A DNA stretch of 63,930 nucleotides, filler included, from Phoronis australis (taxonomy: Eukaryota; Animalia; Phoronida): NCBI GenBank assembly GCA_002633005.1. It is 6 parts of 6 records of this genome, joined end to end, with 100 filler letters (N's around TTAATTAATTAA, not from the genome) between each part and the next. Parts side by side here need not be neighbours in the genome. Positions count along the whole stretch, not along the records: positions 1 to 30,876 come from NMRA01000200.1; positions 30,977 to 53,383 come from NMRA01000260.1; 4 more parts are not named here. The stretch is one strand, 5' to 3'. The notes beneath the pieces are model-generated. The model ran no database searches, was not told the origin of the DNA, and worked only from the letters and a program-made list of their open reading frames with translations. Position 1 is the first letter of the stretch. Each line of letters begins with the position of its first letter. The position numbers and the translations under genes were made by a program. Positions 24,550-36,431 of this stretch are shown here, piece after piece.

Positions 24550-27500
24550 AAAGTTCAGGTAAGTCATATTCCGAATTCACGACATTTCGAATTGTATGTA
24601 ATGCATGAAATAAACTTCTACTGTCTTAGAAAATGTTACTTTTATTATTGGCAACTACTTCATAGCCATCATGATCCCAATAAAGAACAAAAAACTTTAT
24701 TTCATCAGGGCATGTTGGCTGCCATTTTGTTTCCAGTGATGTTGCAAAATTCTGCTGACCAAAAAGATTCGTTCCCTGAGACACCATTTCAAAAATTCTA
24801 TCTGGCAAAGCAGTTTGAAACAGTGAACAGGTTTGGCTGAAGGTTATAAGTCATGATTAACACCGGTTATTTCAGTAAAACCCATTAAATTATTATTGCA
24901 CAAGTCCTGAGACCAATCGGCACCAAGTGCTGCTAATACCAGATCGGCAACATCGGCGATTTCATCATCGCCCTTATCCCCAGTCGACGAAACATCGTAG
25001 ATATTACCATAATCGTTCGGGTTAACGCCCTGGGCGGTTAAATTGTCGAATTCAAAAAATCGGGGGAGGGCGGTTAACCGAGCAGTGGGCGGTTAAATCG
25101 AAAATCCACCTAAAGTAGGGGATGGGCGGTTAACCGAACATGGGCGCTTATTACGACAGACAACCGCCCTGGGCGGTTAACCTTATCTGGCGATCTAAAT
25201 CCCGACACGACAATCATACTCGGAACGCGTAGCCCTTTTCAAAGAGCTTTATCGTCACGTCGCCAAATGACTGTGAAAACATCATAACAGCGGATGATCC
25301 CAACAAAGGTTCTCTTGCCCTCAGATTAGTCATTCACTATTAAATTTACAAAATTGCTGAGTATGATAGCCCCGTGCCGTCCTGCGGTGCGCAGACGACC
25401 AGTGACCTCGCAGCCTCCACTAGAATAAAAACTGTCTCATGATGTGACCCTGCTTAAGTGCGCGCGTGCAAGCTTCACGTGGTGCAGAGGTCAGACATCA
25501 AATTTATGGTTACAGTCTCGTATTATATGTAGCTGTCAAGTTCTGACTCAGACAGCAGTTTTAAAATTGGTTGTAATAAAAATTTGAAAAACTTAACTCT
25601 GTTTTTTTTTGTGTTTGGGATGTTATAGTCGACACTCCGTGACTCAATGACATTTTCAGCGTATGGTTCTGCGGCTAGCTGTCTTATCTCGACAGCTCGG
25701 CATTGCTCTCTTGCCGTTGCGCCAAACATGCTATGCAAGGAAGTAAGACAAGGATCGGGGGTGGTCGAGCCAGTCGTCGATCAAGAATAAAATTTCAAGC
25801 AACTGCATAAATATGTTACAAAATGTCAGAAAACAGCAATGTTTCAATTCATTATTCTAAACGATCATCTTACCAAACTTCGTGGTGGAAAAACATTTAT
25901 TTTTCATGCAAAATGTCCAGATTATCCTATTTATATCACTTGTAATATCGCACTGCGGCACTGTTCGGTCCCGCTGTTATCGCGCAATGTCTCAGTCCGC
26001 TGACAATCGTGACTTGGAAATGCCGTCAAGTAATATAACGGCCTCTTTCAATATGCATCTCGTTTTTTATGGCCAAAGATAGTGGCGGTATTCAGCACGC
26101 ACGTAGGGCCTACGTGTGAGTCACCTGTCAATCACATGTTGGTGTCAAGGTAACATGAACTCCAAAGTGTGGGAACTTGCGCACGTGCACCACTACAAAT
26201 CAGTCACACATAGCGGCAGTCCGAAGTAACAAAAACGGGCGTGACTATGTGCTTTTAGCTGTTGTTAGGAAAGACCCAGTTCTTTACGATATTCCTCCGT
26301 TGCCAATGTTCCCCAAAACTGCGATGTCAAGTCTATTGCCATATTTCCCGGCTCGATGCTCCCTAAGCCCATCCCTGTAACTAGCTGTGTGAATCTCCTA
26401 CCCACTATCGTCAAGCAGTCTACGTCGTAGATATTTCAGACTCGAATGGTAAGAATTTTTGTTCAGGCTGAAAATGGCCAATGTATAAACAAAATTATTC
26501 TGGATGGCTAAAAAGGGGATGTGGAAACGATAATTCACACAGTCACGCTTACGTGCAGACTGACGCAAGAATAGTAAAGAACAGCCAGTGACATTAGTTA
26601 AATCTGCTAACCAGTTTGACTGAGATGCAATAACAAAATTTGACTAGCCGTTTTTTATTACTTCAAAATCATACACAAACATACATTATTTCCAACGTTT
26701 GAATTCAGAAATTGACAGGCAGCAACGAAATCGGTAACCCAGTAAGGAACTTGTACTGTCCCTCGGTCGCCCCACATCCTCTATAACCCGGCAGTTATAT
26801 TCATCAAAATATTGAGAATTGGACATCTTTCCGTGAGTTGTGAGATTTGTTCAAATTACGAGAGCTTCCCACCTTAATAGAATTTGGACGGTTGGCAAAA
26901 CCATTGTCACATTTTTCTGGCCTGATTTTTTCGAATATATGTTTTATCTAGTGCACTGCAGACGGAAACTCAGCGCGGCAGACAAAGTCGCTGAAAGCGG
27001 AGGTTTTGACGGCGGCGGCGTTCTTAAACTTTGCAAACACGGGAAGAAAATAAAGAGACGAAAAGGTTCAAGCATTATATTTTGAAGTGAGTTCATCTCC
27101 CAAGACAATAACTCGTTTCCTGTATGGTAATTCAGATTGCTAACCCACCGTCTCGGTAGTCCCGGCGTCGTTGCTCTCATTGTGATCATCGATCTTTTTC
27201 TAAAAGTCGGGGAATAGCGCGTTTCCTTAGCACTAGGCGCTAAATCTTCATTCTTTAAAAGTCGGGGATGGGCGCTTAACCGAGAGGTGGGCGCTTAACT
27301 GGAAATCTTCAAAAATCGCAGGGGGGCGGTTAACCGAGCAGTGGGCGGTTAAATCGAAAATCCACTTAAAGTCGGGGATGGGCGGTTAACTGAGCATGGG
27401 CGTTAACCCGAACGATTACGGTAGCTTCAGATTTATTTTTGACAACAAGTCCTCCACAAATTCGAAGAAATTCGGCTACTTGTGCATTCGTAAAACCGCC

Positions 27501-27796
27501 GAAACTAGCGTCACTGTCACTGCTAGCGTTGTTTTCACCGGAAGCCATGAGACATTTAAATTTTCAGAAACAAGTTCAAAAATTACCAGAAAATTACCTC
27601 AAAAAAACATCAGATTCAATTGTCAGACATCGTGAAATGTGGTAGGACGAACAGACGGGTGTTTACAACGGAAATAACGTTCAGACTCGAGAATATGCGT
27701 GAATGGACTGTATTTATGAAGGTAAGGTCGGCCGGTTTGAGCCGGGTTGGTTGCATACGGCAGCGGCCGGGTTTAGTCGGGTTCGTTTCAAAAGGG
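24550..27796 (-). mobile_element. Decayed piggyBac element, interrupted by a nested transposon
   Basis: Terminus TTAA|CCCTTTTG on the minus strand (TTAA at 27797-27800); ATG at 27548. After removing 25007-27421 plus one TA the frame reads MASGENNASSDSD...KSEA-NIYDVSS...ADWSQDL...GFTEITGVNHDL*PSAKPVHCFKLL/PDRIFEMVSQGTNLFGQQ...KWQPTCPDEIKFF/FIGIMMAM, the N-terminal pattern of piggyBac transposases. The distal end was not located. Confidence 0.8.
25007..27421. mobile_element. Non-autonomous TIR DNA transposon, 2.4 kb, TA target duplication
   Basis: TA|CCATAATCGTTCGGGTTAACGCCC ... GGGCGTTAACCCGAACGATTACGG|TA: a 24-bp TIR with 1 mismatch. GGGCGGTTAA subterminal arrays at both ends; no transposase ORF seen. 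Confidence 0.92.
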
Positions 27797-28259
27797 TTAA
27801 ATGACTACATCATTTGACAAAATGAAGAGTTTTCAGAAAGAAATTGATAACCTGGAACCTTCTGCTTTATAATAGAATGTTATATAGGCAAGGACAGGCA
27901 CAAACAATACTCTGACACTATGTATTAACATTATGCTGTTTACAATATTTGGGGAATGATGATGCTGGGCACAGAGTATCAAGCTGCATTTTGCCCTACA
28001 CATTTAGCTGGCTAAAAAAATTGCATTAAATAGGCCTTCCGCTCTCATAAGATACTTCTTATCATAATAAGACTTTATTACGGCTATCAAAATAAACATC
28101 AAAAACATCAGCGATCCAGGAAAACTCTTGATACTTTAAAATTTCAACACAATGCAGGTTTATGGATTTATTCTCCTTAAAATGAAAAGTAAAAATCAAA
28201 TTCTGCACAGGTTTTTTAAAAGTAATCACTTATTGGAAGAACGCACATCTAAAAAATAA

Positions 28260-28849
28260 GGGCTGTTCCAGTAAAATCTGTATGGTAGGGGGGAAGGCAC
28301 CTTTGTTTCGCACCCACCACCCATATTTTTCATTTATTTCTTCAGCCTACCACCCGTAATTTTTTATAAGTTTGAAATGCAACCACCCGTAATTTTTTTT
28401 TTGTTCTTGTGGTTGACTGCACAGGCGCTTGATTTTATCTGTTCCTCCATCACTACTAACGTCATTCATTACTAAGAAAACATATGTTTCTTATATATGG
28501 TTATTAGCCATCGAGAAATTCGAGCACTTGTGGTTAAATGGTGTTATGGGCATGCTGATGAGGAGATCGGAGGGAGTGAAAAAGTCGGAGCTTTTTGCAA
28601 GTTGCATTTTTGTTTCAGTTTTTGATTCTGTGCGGATTGTTTATAAAATTTACTAAAATTACCCACCATCAAACATTTATGGCCCAATGAAACAACAACG
28701 ACCTGGCTGGTGGTCGCACTTCAAAAAAATTAAAATTTTTTTGAAGTGCGACCACCAGCCATTTTGAATTTAAATCAAACGCAACCACCCATAATTTTTA
28801 TTTCAGTTGCCTTCCCCCCCCTCCCACACAGATTTTGCTGGAACAGCCC
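28260..28849. mobile_element. PIF/Harbinger (Tourist-like) MITE
   Basis: TAA|GGGCTGTTCCAGTAAAATCTGT ... ACAGATTTTGCTGGAACAGCCC|TAA: 3-bp TAA TSD. Internal CCACCC.TAATTTT repeats and a perfect 28-bp-arm palindrome at 28704-28761. Confidence 0.88.
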
Positions 28850-30329
28850 TAAAACAATGTTTGACAATTTTATTTGAAAATTGCCTACCTCACAGACAAC
28901 TCATCTAAGCTAAAAATACTCCTTGTGAAAAAATATAAAATACCAACCAGAGACTTGTGTACTACAGAATATGTTTTCGTAATACAATGCAAAGATAATT
29001 GTACAGTCAAAAGTGCAAATATTATGAGTCTAATAAAAAATTGCCTTCTAGATCTTTTCAACACTCTAATTGCTACAGGACAGAGTCAACCACACAAAGC
29101 CCATAAAGTCAGGGAATTACATTTAAGGTGATGTAGTCTCACTGCGAAAAAGTGATTTCACAATATCGCTGACAACACTGGAAATCTCTTCTTCACAAAC
29201 TTGAGGTAGCTGTATTTACCACATCAATGTTCTTATCAAAACTAACCACAACAAAATGAAAAATTGGCATGTCGGTTACAATTAGGCAGCATTTTACAAT
29301 GAAATGGTCATGAAAAAATACTTTTGCAACATGGTTTGCATTATAATTGCCCTACGATTACAGTTGTACATACATACTAGACCACTAACAAAATTACCCA
29401 TGGGAACCATAAAATGGTCAATTCGCCAAAAAACAAGGTGCCACCAGAGCTAATGTGCCAATACTTTTCAGTACTGCAACAAAAATCATTTGAAGTGGAC
29501 ATAAACTCGCCTAGAATCGCATAAAACAACTTTTGATTTAGACATTTTACCATCACGAAATAGGTATTACTTCCAGGTCACTTTTCAGAACATTGAAAGA
29601 TCTGGCAATTGCTAGAGACCAGATTAATAGTGTGTGATTTTACACACACAGCATGGTCTCAAGGAATAGCAAACTGTCAATTCGCTATAATTCCAGAAAC
29701 CACTTCCCATCTGGATAAGGAACAAACTGAGCAAATTTTATAAAGGTAAGTGGTCTAAATCAAAACTTATTACCTCCTGGACAGAATATGGGTTTACAAC
29801 CCAGGTAGAAAGATAAGTTAACAAAACCAGCCTAACTGCAACAGGGTCTCAAATTTCAGTAATATATACCCATTTACGAACAAAAATCTACAATGGTAAA
29901 TAAAATGCGGAAACATAAATTCAGATCAATTATGCATCTTCAAGGAAAATGAACAGTACAGTGGTCAGAAATCATCTAAATGTGATGGCCACACTGAGAA
30001 ATCCTGGCAGACCAAAAAATCCAGTGGCTAAACAAAATGAACAATGTACCATTACCATGTGGCCCAGGATCATGATCCGTGCCCGGAGAAAAATTCAGTC
30101 TTAGACTAGGTAAATTTTAGATTTGTGCTGTTCACACAAGCAGTTCTGGTGAAAACAAAGCTTGCGACAACACACAAGCCTACTTCCCTACACAGCTGTG
30201 CCGATACAATAATGCCCCCACTGGATTTAGCAGATCAGCCAGAGTATTTACAGGTACAGCCACTGTACTGTTTCCTCCCTTTGAATTTTTACAATGCTAC
30301 ATCCTTGACAATCGCAGATTGCCTCTTTC

Positions 30330-30660
30330 AATACATACTCCACTTCCTCTGTCCCAGTTTCCCCACATTTGCTGAGAGTGGTCTATTTCAAGAAATTACT
30401 TTGGACCTGTTGTGGTATAAGCCAGTAATCTTTGGCAAATACCTTTTCCCCCGACTCGTTCCTCAAACTACAAATTCTCTTTGACATATCTTCTGGGAGT
30501 AGACTTTACGGCCTCTCTCTAGCCCCCTCACTTAGTTGTCCAGAAGGGTACCTTCTTGCTGGTTGTGAACTTTTCCATACCTAACCTTTACTAATAATCG
30601 GCAAGTCTCCACGGCAACTTCAGCAGAAGCCACTTCTTCAGCATAAGCCTCTCCTTATTC
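30330..30660 (-). pseudogene. Decayed coding relic, probably the C-terminal part of a large transposase-like protein
   Basis: Frameshifted peptides EAYAEEV, GLERGRK/STP/EDMSKRICSLRNESGK and VFAKDYWLIPQQVQSNF recall a G..G.K..P..V...MR....G...F....L..QQI.S.F motif of invertebrate transposon-like proteins. Multiple stops. Confidence 0.35.
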
Positions 30661-30876
30661 CTAAAATTGTATTAATGAAAAAATTAAACATATTAAATTT
30701 AATGTGGCCATTTCGGCTCAGAAAATATGAATACCAAGCTAAAGTGAAGGCGCCAATATTTTTGACGGCTTTAGCATGTTTAATTAACTTCATAATCGCA
30801 GAAGTTCATTGGCAGACATAACATACTCCCTAGTCTCTAAAAGTAGTTCATGGGCAGAAGTCATGTTACACATTTG

Positions 30877-30976
30877 NNNNNNNNNNNNNNNNNNNNNNNN
30901 NNNNNNNNNNNNNNNNNNNNTTAATTAATTAANNNNNNNNNNNNNNNNNNNNNNNNNNNNNNNNNNNNNNNNNNNN
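30877..30976. other. Artificial contig linker
   Basis: N44-TTAATTAATTAA-N44, which gives stops in all six frames. Confidence 0.98.
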
Positions 30977-31892
30977 TTAAAATTTTTTGGGGGGCCGGTG
31001 CCCCCCGCCCCCCCCCCCCTCGCTTCCTACGGCCCTGACATACTATGTCTTATCCAGCCTTTTCATTAGGCAGGGAGGTGTAATTCATATTCCAATTTGT
31101 AACTTACAATGTTGCAAACTTTTGAGGAGCCTGAACACGAGCCTTCTGACTTAGCAACCACAAAGCGCACAGCCAGCTTTAAAGCGACTATAAGCCTGAC
31201 CCACTTTCCACCCGAAATTTTGTCAACTCACCAACCACAATTTGTAATAAGGTTGAAATCCAACCACCCAGATCTTTAAATTATTCGTGAAATAGACATA
31301 TTAAGTTAAATTATTTTACATATTTTCGGTCTACAGGGTTTTGTTAGCCTACAACAGTCCGGTACACCCTATTTCAGTTAATCGCCGATTGGAAGCGGCT
31401 GTAATATTTAATGTAGGCCTACCATCAACACTAAGACAAATCAAACTGGTTTCAATAAATTTCAATTTGATGATCTGAACACAGATACTATCATCCATCT
31501 TTGAAAGGTTAATTTCCATGTGATGACAGACACCGAACAACTTACTTAGAACTTTTTTACAGCATAATTTTGAATCAAGTGGGCCAGGACATGAAATCGG
31601 ACTTTGTAAGGTTAACGTCGGTGTGATGACAGAAATTATCAACCTTACAAAGAATAAAGCATGGACAGCTTCAAATGCCAAAAGGGTAAAGGTTCAAGTT
31701 CAAAAAACCTCTTGACTCGGGCTGTCCTCTACATAGAAAAATTAAACCATATATTCACCAAATATGTCATAGGTTAACGATGTACCTCGTGAACGTAACT
31801 AAACATTGTGTGCCGACTAGCATTGCCAAAACAGGACCCCGCTTTCCGCCGACACGATTTGACAGCCATGAAGTACGTCAGCACATTACTGG

Positions 31893-31930
31893 CCAATGAA
31901 AATCATACTGCCAGATAGCACGATATAAAT
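31893..31930 (+). promoter_or_regulatory. Candidate Pol II promoter (CCAAT and TATA boxes) of the OB-fold gene
   Basis: CCAAT at 31893 and TATAAAT at 31924, about 55 nt before the ATG at 31983. Confidence 0.55.
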
Positions 31931-31982
31931 AGCGCGTTTGATCGTAAACACACAGAGACAATTATTGCAATTAATCAGAGAC

Positions 31983-33660
31983 ATGAAGATGACTACATGT
32001 ATAAGCCAGCCAGTAATACGAAAAACAACTCTGTTCCTTTCGGAAATTCATGAAGAATTAAGGAAAGACTCATTTGTGCTTCTAACCACCACATATGAGA
32101 CTGACACTGCGATCAGGGTCCACAAAAAGGATTATCAGGTAAGTGCAGGTAATTTAATGTCGTACATTATAGTACTATACGCGAAATGGCTGTAGACTAA
32201 TGAAAACTAAGAATAATAGAGGATCATTGTGAAGATTTAAGTATTTGCATTTAATTTAGTTCATAAACTTAGTGATAAAACATTTGAAATACTTAAGTAT
32301 TGTCAACCTTTTAGGACTACTAGCAATGCGATTGCAAATGTTCTCCATCTAAAGTAAGATAACTGTATCTAATCGTACTGTAGACTGCATAAGGTATATG
32401 ACAGAGAGGTTTTGCAAAGAGACGTGAACGTAAATTATGGCACATTCATAATATCGCGTTATACGTGGCATTGGTGGCTGTCACGTGATCCATAAGCCTT
32501 TTGAGTATTTTACGCGACTACGGAATGTTTCGCTTTACAAGCAATTACGTATCAGTCATTTACTTTCACGTTAGACAGCTAATCTTGATTTAGTATTAAC
32601 TCACCTCTTTTTAGCAACACGTTTTAAAAAAATTGATGTCTGTTTTAAACTGCTATATTTTTTCAGATTTTCGGAAACGTGGCGGCGTTTGAGGTACATG
32701 AAAACAAGGTTAAGGAATTCCTTGCACCGCCATACATAACGGCAGAGGAATTGAAACTTCTCCAAAAGAACGAAGATGCTCGTTCGCAGGAACTCTTTCA
32801 AAAGTGTCTGATTTGAAAGAAGAACCGCATTACAAAAGAAAAACTGGCGCACTTGATAACGGTACAGAGATCGAGCTATGGGGAAATCATGCAATTGCTA
32901 CTGATATCAAAGAAGCCGACCAAGTGCGTGGAAGCGCACTTGAGGTAGACGTCTATGGCTCCAAAGTAACACTGAACTCAGTGACGGAAACAACTATTTT
33001 GGTAAGATATTCCAAAATATGTAAACGTACTAAACAAAAGAAATCTTAATACGATAAAAAGAGCTTAATTATTTTCCAATCAAAATCAAAAGAAAGCTAA
33101 ATAACATATAGAATCAACCAGTGAGAACGTGAAATACATGATGTTCAGACAAAATCAAGAAAGAGTTAAACTGAAAAATTGTGTTGTTAATTGCAGATCG
33201 ACGAAGATGGTAGAGCGGAGAGCATACAAGTCATGGGCATGAACAAAAGGTAAAAATTATATGGTGAATTGCACAAAAACAACGTCCTAAAACCAATATG
33301 AAAATTTACGATCATACACGTTCAACTGTTTGCCACAACGCACACGCAATAAATGCCGCTAAATCTAGATCATAATGATTTCGTACATATATTTGGTATG
33401 GATAAGTAGAATATTGATGATAATACGTGTGCACTTTGAAAAACAATTCGAGGTACAACTGTATTTTGTGAAAATTGCTAAATAAAATTTTAAGAAAAAC
33501 GAACAATAATACAAACGTTTTCGATTGTTTATGTCACAGTCGTGTCCTGTTAAAACTCCCTTTTTACTCATTACTCATTTTAGATAGGAACCTGGAGATT
33601 TGACCAGTGTATACACCTACCTTAGTACAAAGCTGTGTTGACATCGTGTCATCTAGAGGC
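31983..33660 (+). pseudogene. Spliced OB-fold (RPA/SSB-like) protein gene, frameshifted
   Basis: Exons 31983-32138, 32667-33001 and 33197-33249 have canonical GT/AG sites and matching phases; a probable degraded fourth exon starts near 33588. Exon 2 reads IFGNVAAFEVHENKVKEFLAPPYITAEELKLLQKN/(1-nt shift near 32773)/RCSFAGTLSKVSDLKEEPHYKRKTGALDNGTEIELWGNHAIATDIKEADQVRGSALEVDVYGSKVTLNSVTETTIL, which fits the OB-fold pattern G.V..V....L.D...I.LWG..A..I..GD.V....V..Y...LN. AATAAA at ~34146. Confidence 0.65.
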
Positions 33661-35749
33661 ATGATCGGAAACAAGAGAAAAATGTCTGGACGAACACACA
33701 TGTTTTTAGCACGGTACATTTGTTTTGAAGTTCCTCTGCGTTTGTGAGTGACAAATTGTCCGTGTCAACATCGGAGTTCATAAATTCCAAGCAAAGACCG
33801 TTTGTTGGCCAGAGCCACGCAATCTAACGACCTACATGTGCATTGTGTCTAAAGAAAAGTGCACATAAGAAATTAAGATTTCTAGTTTGATCTCAAAATG
33901 CCACTATACAATTACGGTTTACAATATTTCTATAACGTTTGCCTTCCTCGTTTGCAGCACCGTGATAACTACGGATCGCACCTACAAGATTGACAGCGAA
34001 TGTCAACAGCCACACTAGACGCCAAAATATTCCTACACCATCTTCGCTACTATAACGAGAGGATAAAATACCGAGATGACGATCGTAGAAGGAAACTAAT
34101 AAAAAACAAGCATTCTGCTATTTAATATTAAACGTTGTAGTGTTAAATAAAATGTGTTGTTAAACTATACACAGTTCGTTGATCTTTGTCTCTTCTGTTT
34201 TGTCATCGTTCATATTTTAGGACTAACATGTTTTCGTTTAACGATCAATGGCTTCAAAAAAAGTTAACTCTGCTGTTATAAGTATGGCGTTTTTAACGTC
34301 ATTTTCTAAAACCATAGGCGTTTCAACATATGAACACTTGACGAATTCCTGTCCGTTCCGGGCGTCCTGGTGTATATTTTAAAACGGGAAATTTACAATG
34401 GCCAAAATAAATGGACGTAAATTGCGGCATGGGGACAGTCTGATGAATATTGTTTGAAAAAGGTTTTGAGTTATTTGCTTTTAAATTTCAAAAACGTTAC
34501 ATTGTTCTGTATTTCTTTGAAGTCTAAAACAAACGGCATAATATTTGCACGCTATCAACGATCACATACGTGTCGGGTCACTAGTAGTTAAAAATTTCAA
34601 ACTTGTCTTCAGTCAGTAAAATTTGGGAATATCTCGCGTACACAAGTGTTTCACGGTACTGGGCAAGGAAAATTGGATGGACTGGACGCGCACGTGATCT
34701 GTAAGTTTTTAGAGCACGGACAAACTGTATCGTACTCCACACAAACATGACATTTGATACTCCATGTGATGTTTTTATCCTGTATTTCAGAGGTGTATTT
34801 GCGCTGATCCAATTGCAAGAAATCAGTGACTTAACGAATTCTCCTAAATCTCGTGTCTTGTGTCATAGTTTACACACAAATTTCATCTGTTTCTGTCCGT
34901 GCATTGTTATTGGGACAGCCCTGTGATTAATGACATTTTCTAATAAATATAATTAAACGTTGAGCCCAAACGTTGATGAAAACGATTAGGAACGTAGTCC
35001 GTTAGTTTGGAGCGTTGCATGAAAAGGCCCCTAAACATTTTTGATAACCTCGACAATTCAACGTCTAGTTCGCTCTAAATTGGTATGAAAAGGAAACGTT
35101 AGGGACTGTTTCATGGAACCGGACAAACGCTTTGTAATAGTCTGAAGTAGTCTAGGCTTCACGACTTTTGATCGGTAGCTTGCGCACACCGCATATTCGT
35201 TCTTTGGTTCAATATAATATGTGCAACTCCAGATGCTTTTTGTAATCACTGTAAAGGGGGTGTATACAAAATGGTCAAATCGCCAGTGCCGGGTGGGATG
35301 AGCTTCTATTGAACGATGACGCTATGGTTCTTAAAATGGTTAGATGACAACTAGTGCCCTACTAATAACTTAGGAGTCACTGTCACTTCTCTGGATTTAT
35401 TTTTTTCTTGTATTTTTGACTCTTTCTCTGGCTTAGAGGGTTTTTTATTGTCGTTAAAGATAGAACAAATATGTCTACAACCCTTCACATCTTTCCGTAA
35501 GTGAGTAATTGCTAAAGCCATGCAAGGAGAGTAGACATTAACGCTTTTAAATTTACTTTTAAGTAGACTTTTTAAAACCTTCTTAAATCAGAAACAACGC
35601 CAATGTATTCTACTATGTTGGATTTTACATTGAACCCATTTATCATGAGGTCTAAACTAACGAAATCGTCATCAGGGGTCGTCTTCGTGCAACAATGGAG
35701 AAACGTATCATCGTTATGTCTTAGTATTTCAAACACGGATTTTGCCCAT

Positions 35750-36431
35750 TGACACAATATTGACTAAAGAACAAGAACCAGCTCTGTTTGCAACCGTCGA
35801 ATTAGCTGCCTTCAGAGAGAGGCTACAGCACGTGATTCTGAGCGTAATTTCAAAAACTCTCAAATAACTGTGAACAAAATCCAACAAAAGATTTCATGAA
35901 GTTCTGCCCAGGAAAAACGAGGAAATTGACCACCCAAACTCTGAAGTGTCACAGCTCCGCGAGAAATACATGTATAAGCCCGTTGAAAAAACAAGTGCTG
36001 GTCTAACGACGAAATTAGATAATCTAAACTACTAACTGATTACTGGCGTCAAGAAAACAGAAAACGACACGACAGACAGGCATGTTGGACTTTGTTCCCA
36101 AACGCAACCAGATAACGTCATCACGCAAAAACATCTGGACCGCACTCCGACTTTGAGACCGAATTGTTCTTAAATTTACAACCAACAATGCGCGTAAAGC
36201 ATTTTTAATAAGAGAAAAGAAATAGGCCGCAGCATTTTGTCAACGACTACTCTTCTATGTCGACAGCTGAAACAAAAAGGAATGTTTCAAGCTACATGGT
36301 CCACAGATGGTTCAGTGAAAGAGAGAGTCAACGACAAGACCCATGCATTGACAAGTATTGGAGAAGTGAATAAACTGATAATCCCTGCAGAATAATCAAC
36401 AGATACAAGCAGCAGCTATAAATCACAGTGA
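35750..36431 (+). mobile_element. Degenerate LINE ORF1 (CR1/L2-type, L1-ORF1-like RRM/CTD region)
   Basis: Peptides LITGVKKTENDTTD..., VITQKHLDRT..RP/IVLKFTTNNARKAF and LLCRQLKQKGMFQATWSTDGSVK after a coiled-coil-like stretch. Stops and frameshifts are present; no ORF2 follows. Confidence 0.7.

Noticed and set aside
30921-30932. TTAATTAATTAA as a biological motif or piggyBac target
   Set aside because: It is identical in all five gaps and centred in N runs, so it is a synthetic linker.
31349-31681. 110-aa ORF divergent from the OB-fold gene as a partner gene
   Set aside because: No recognisable domain and a non-ATG start; its length is within chance expectation.
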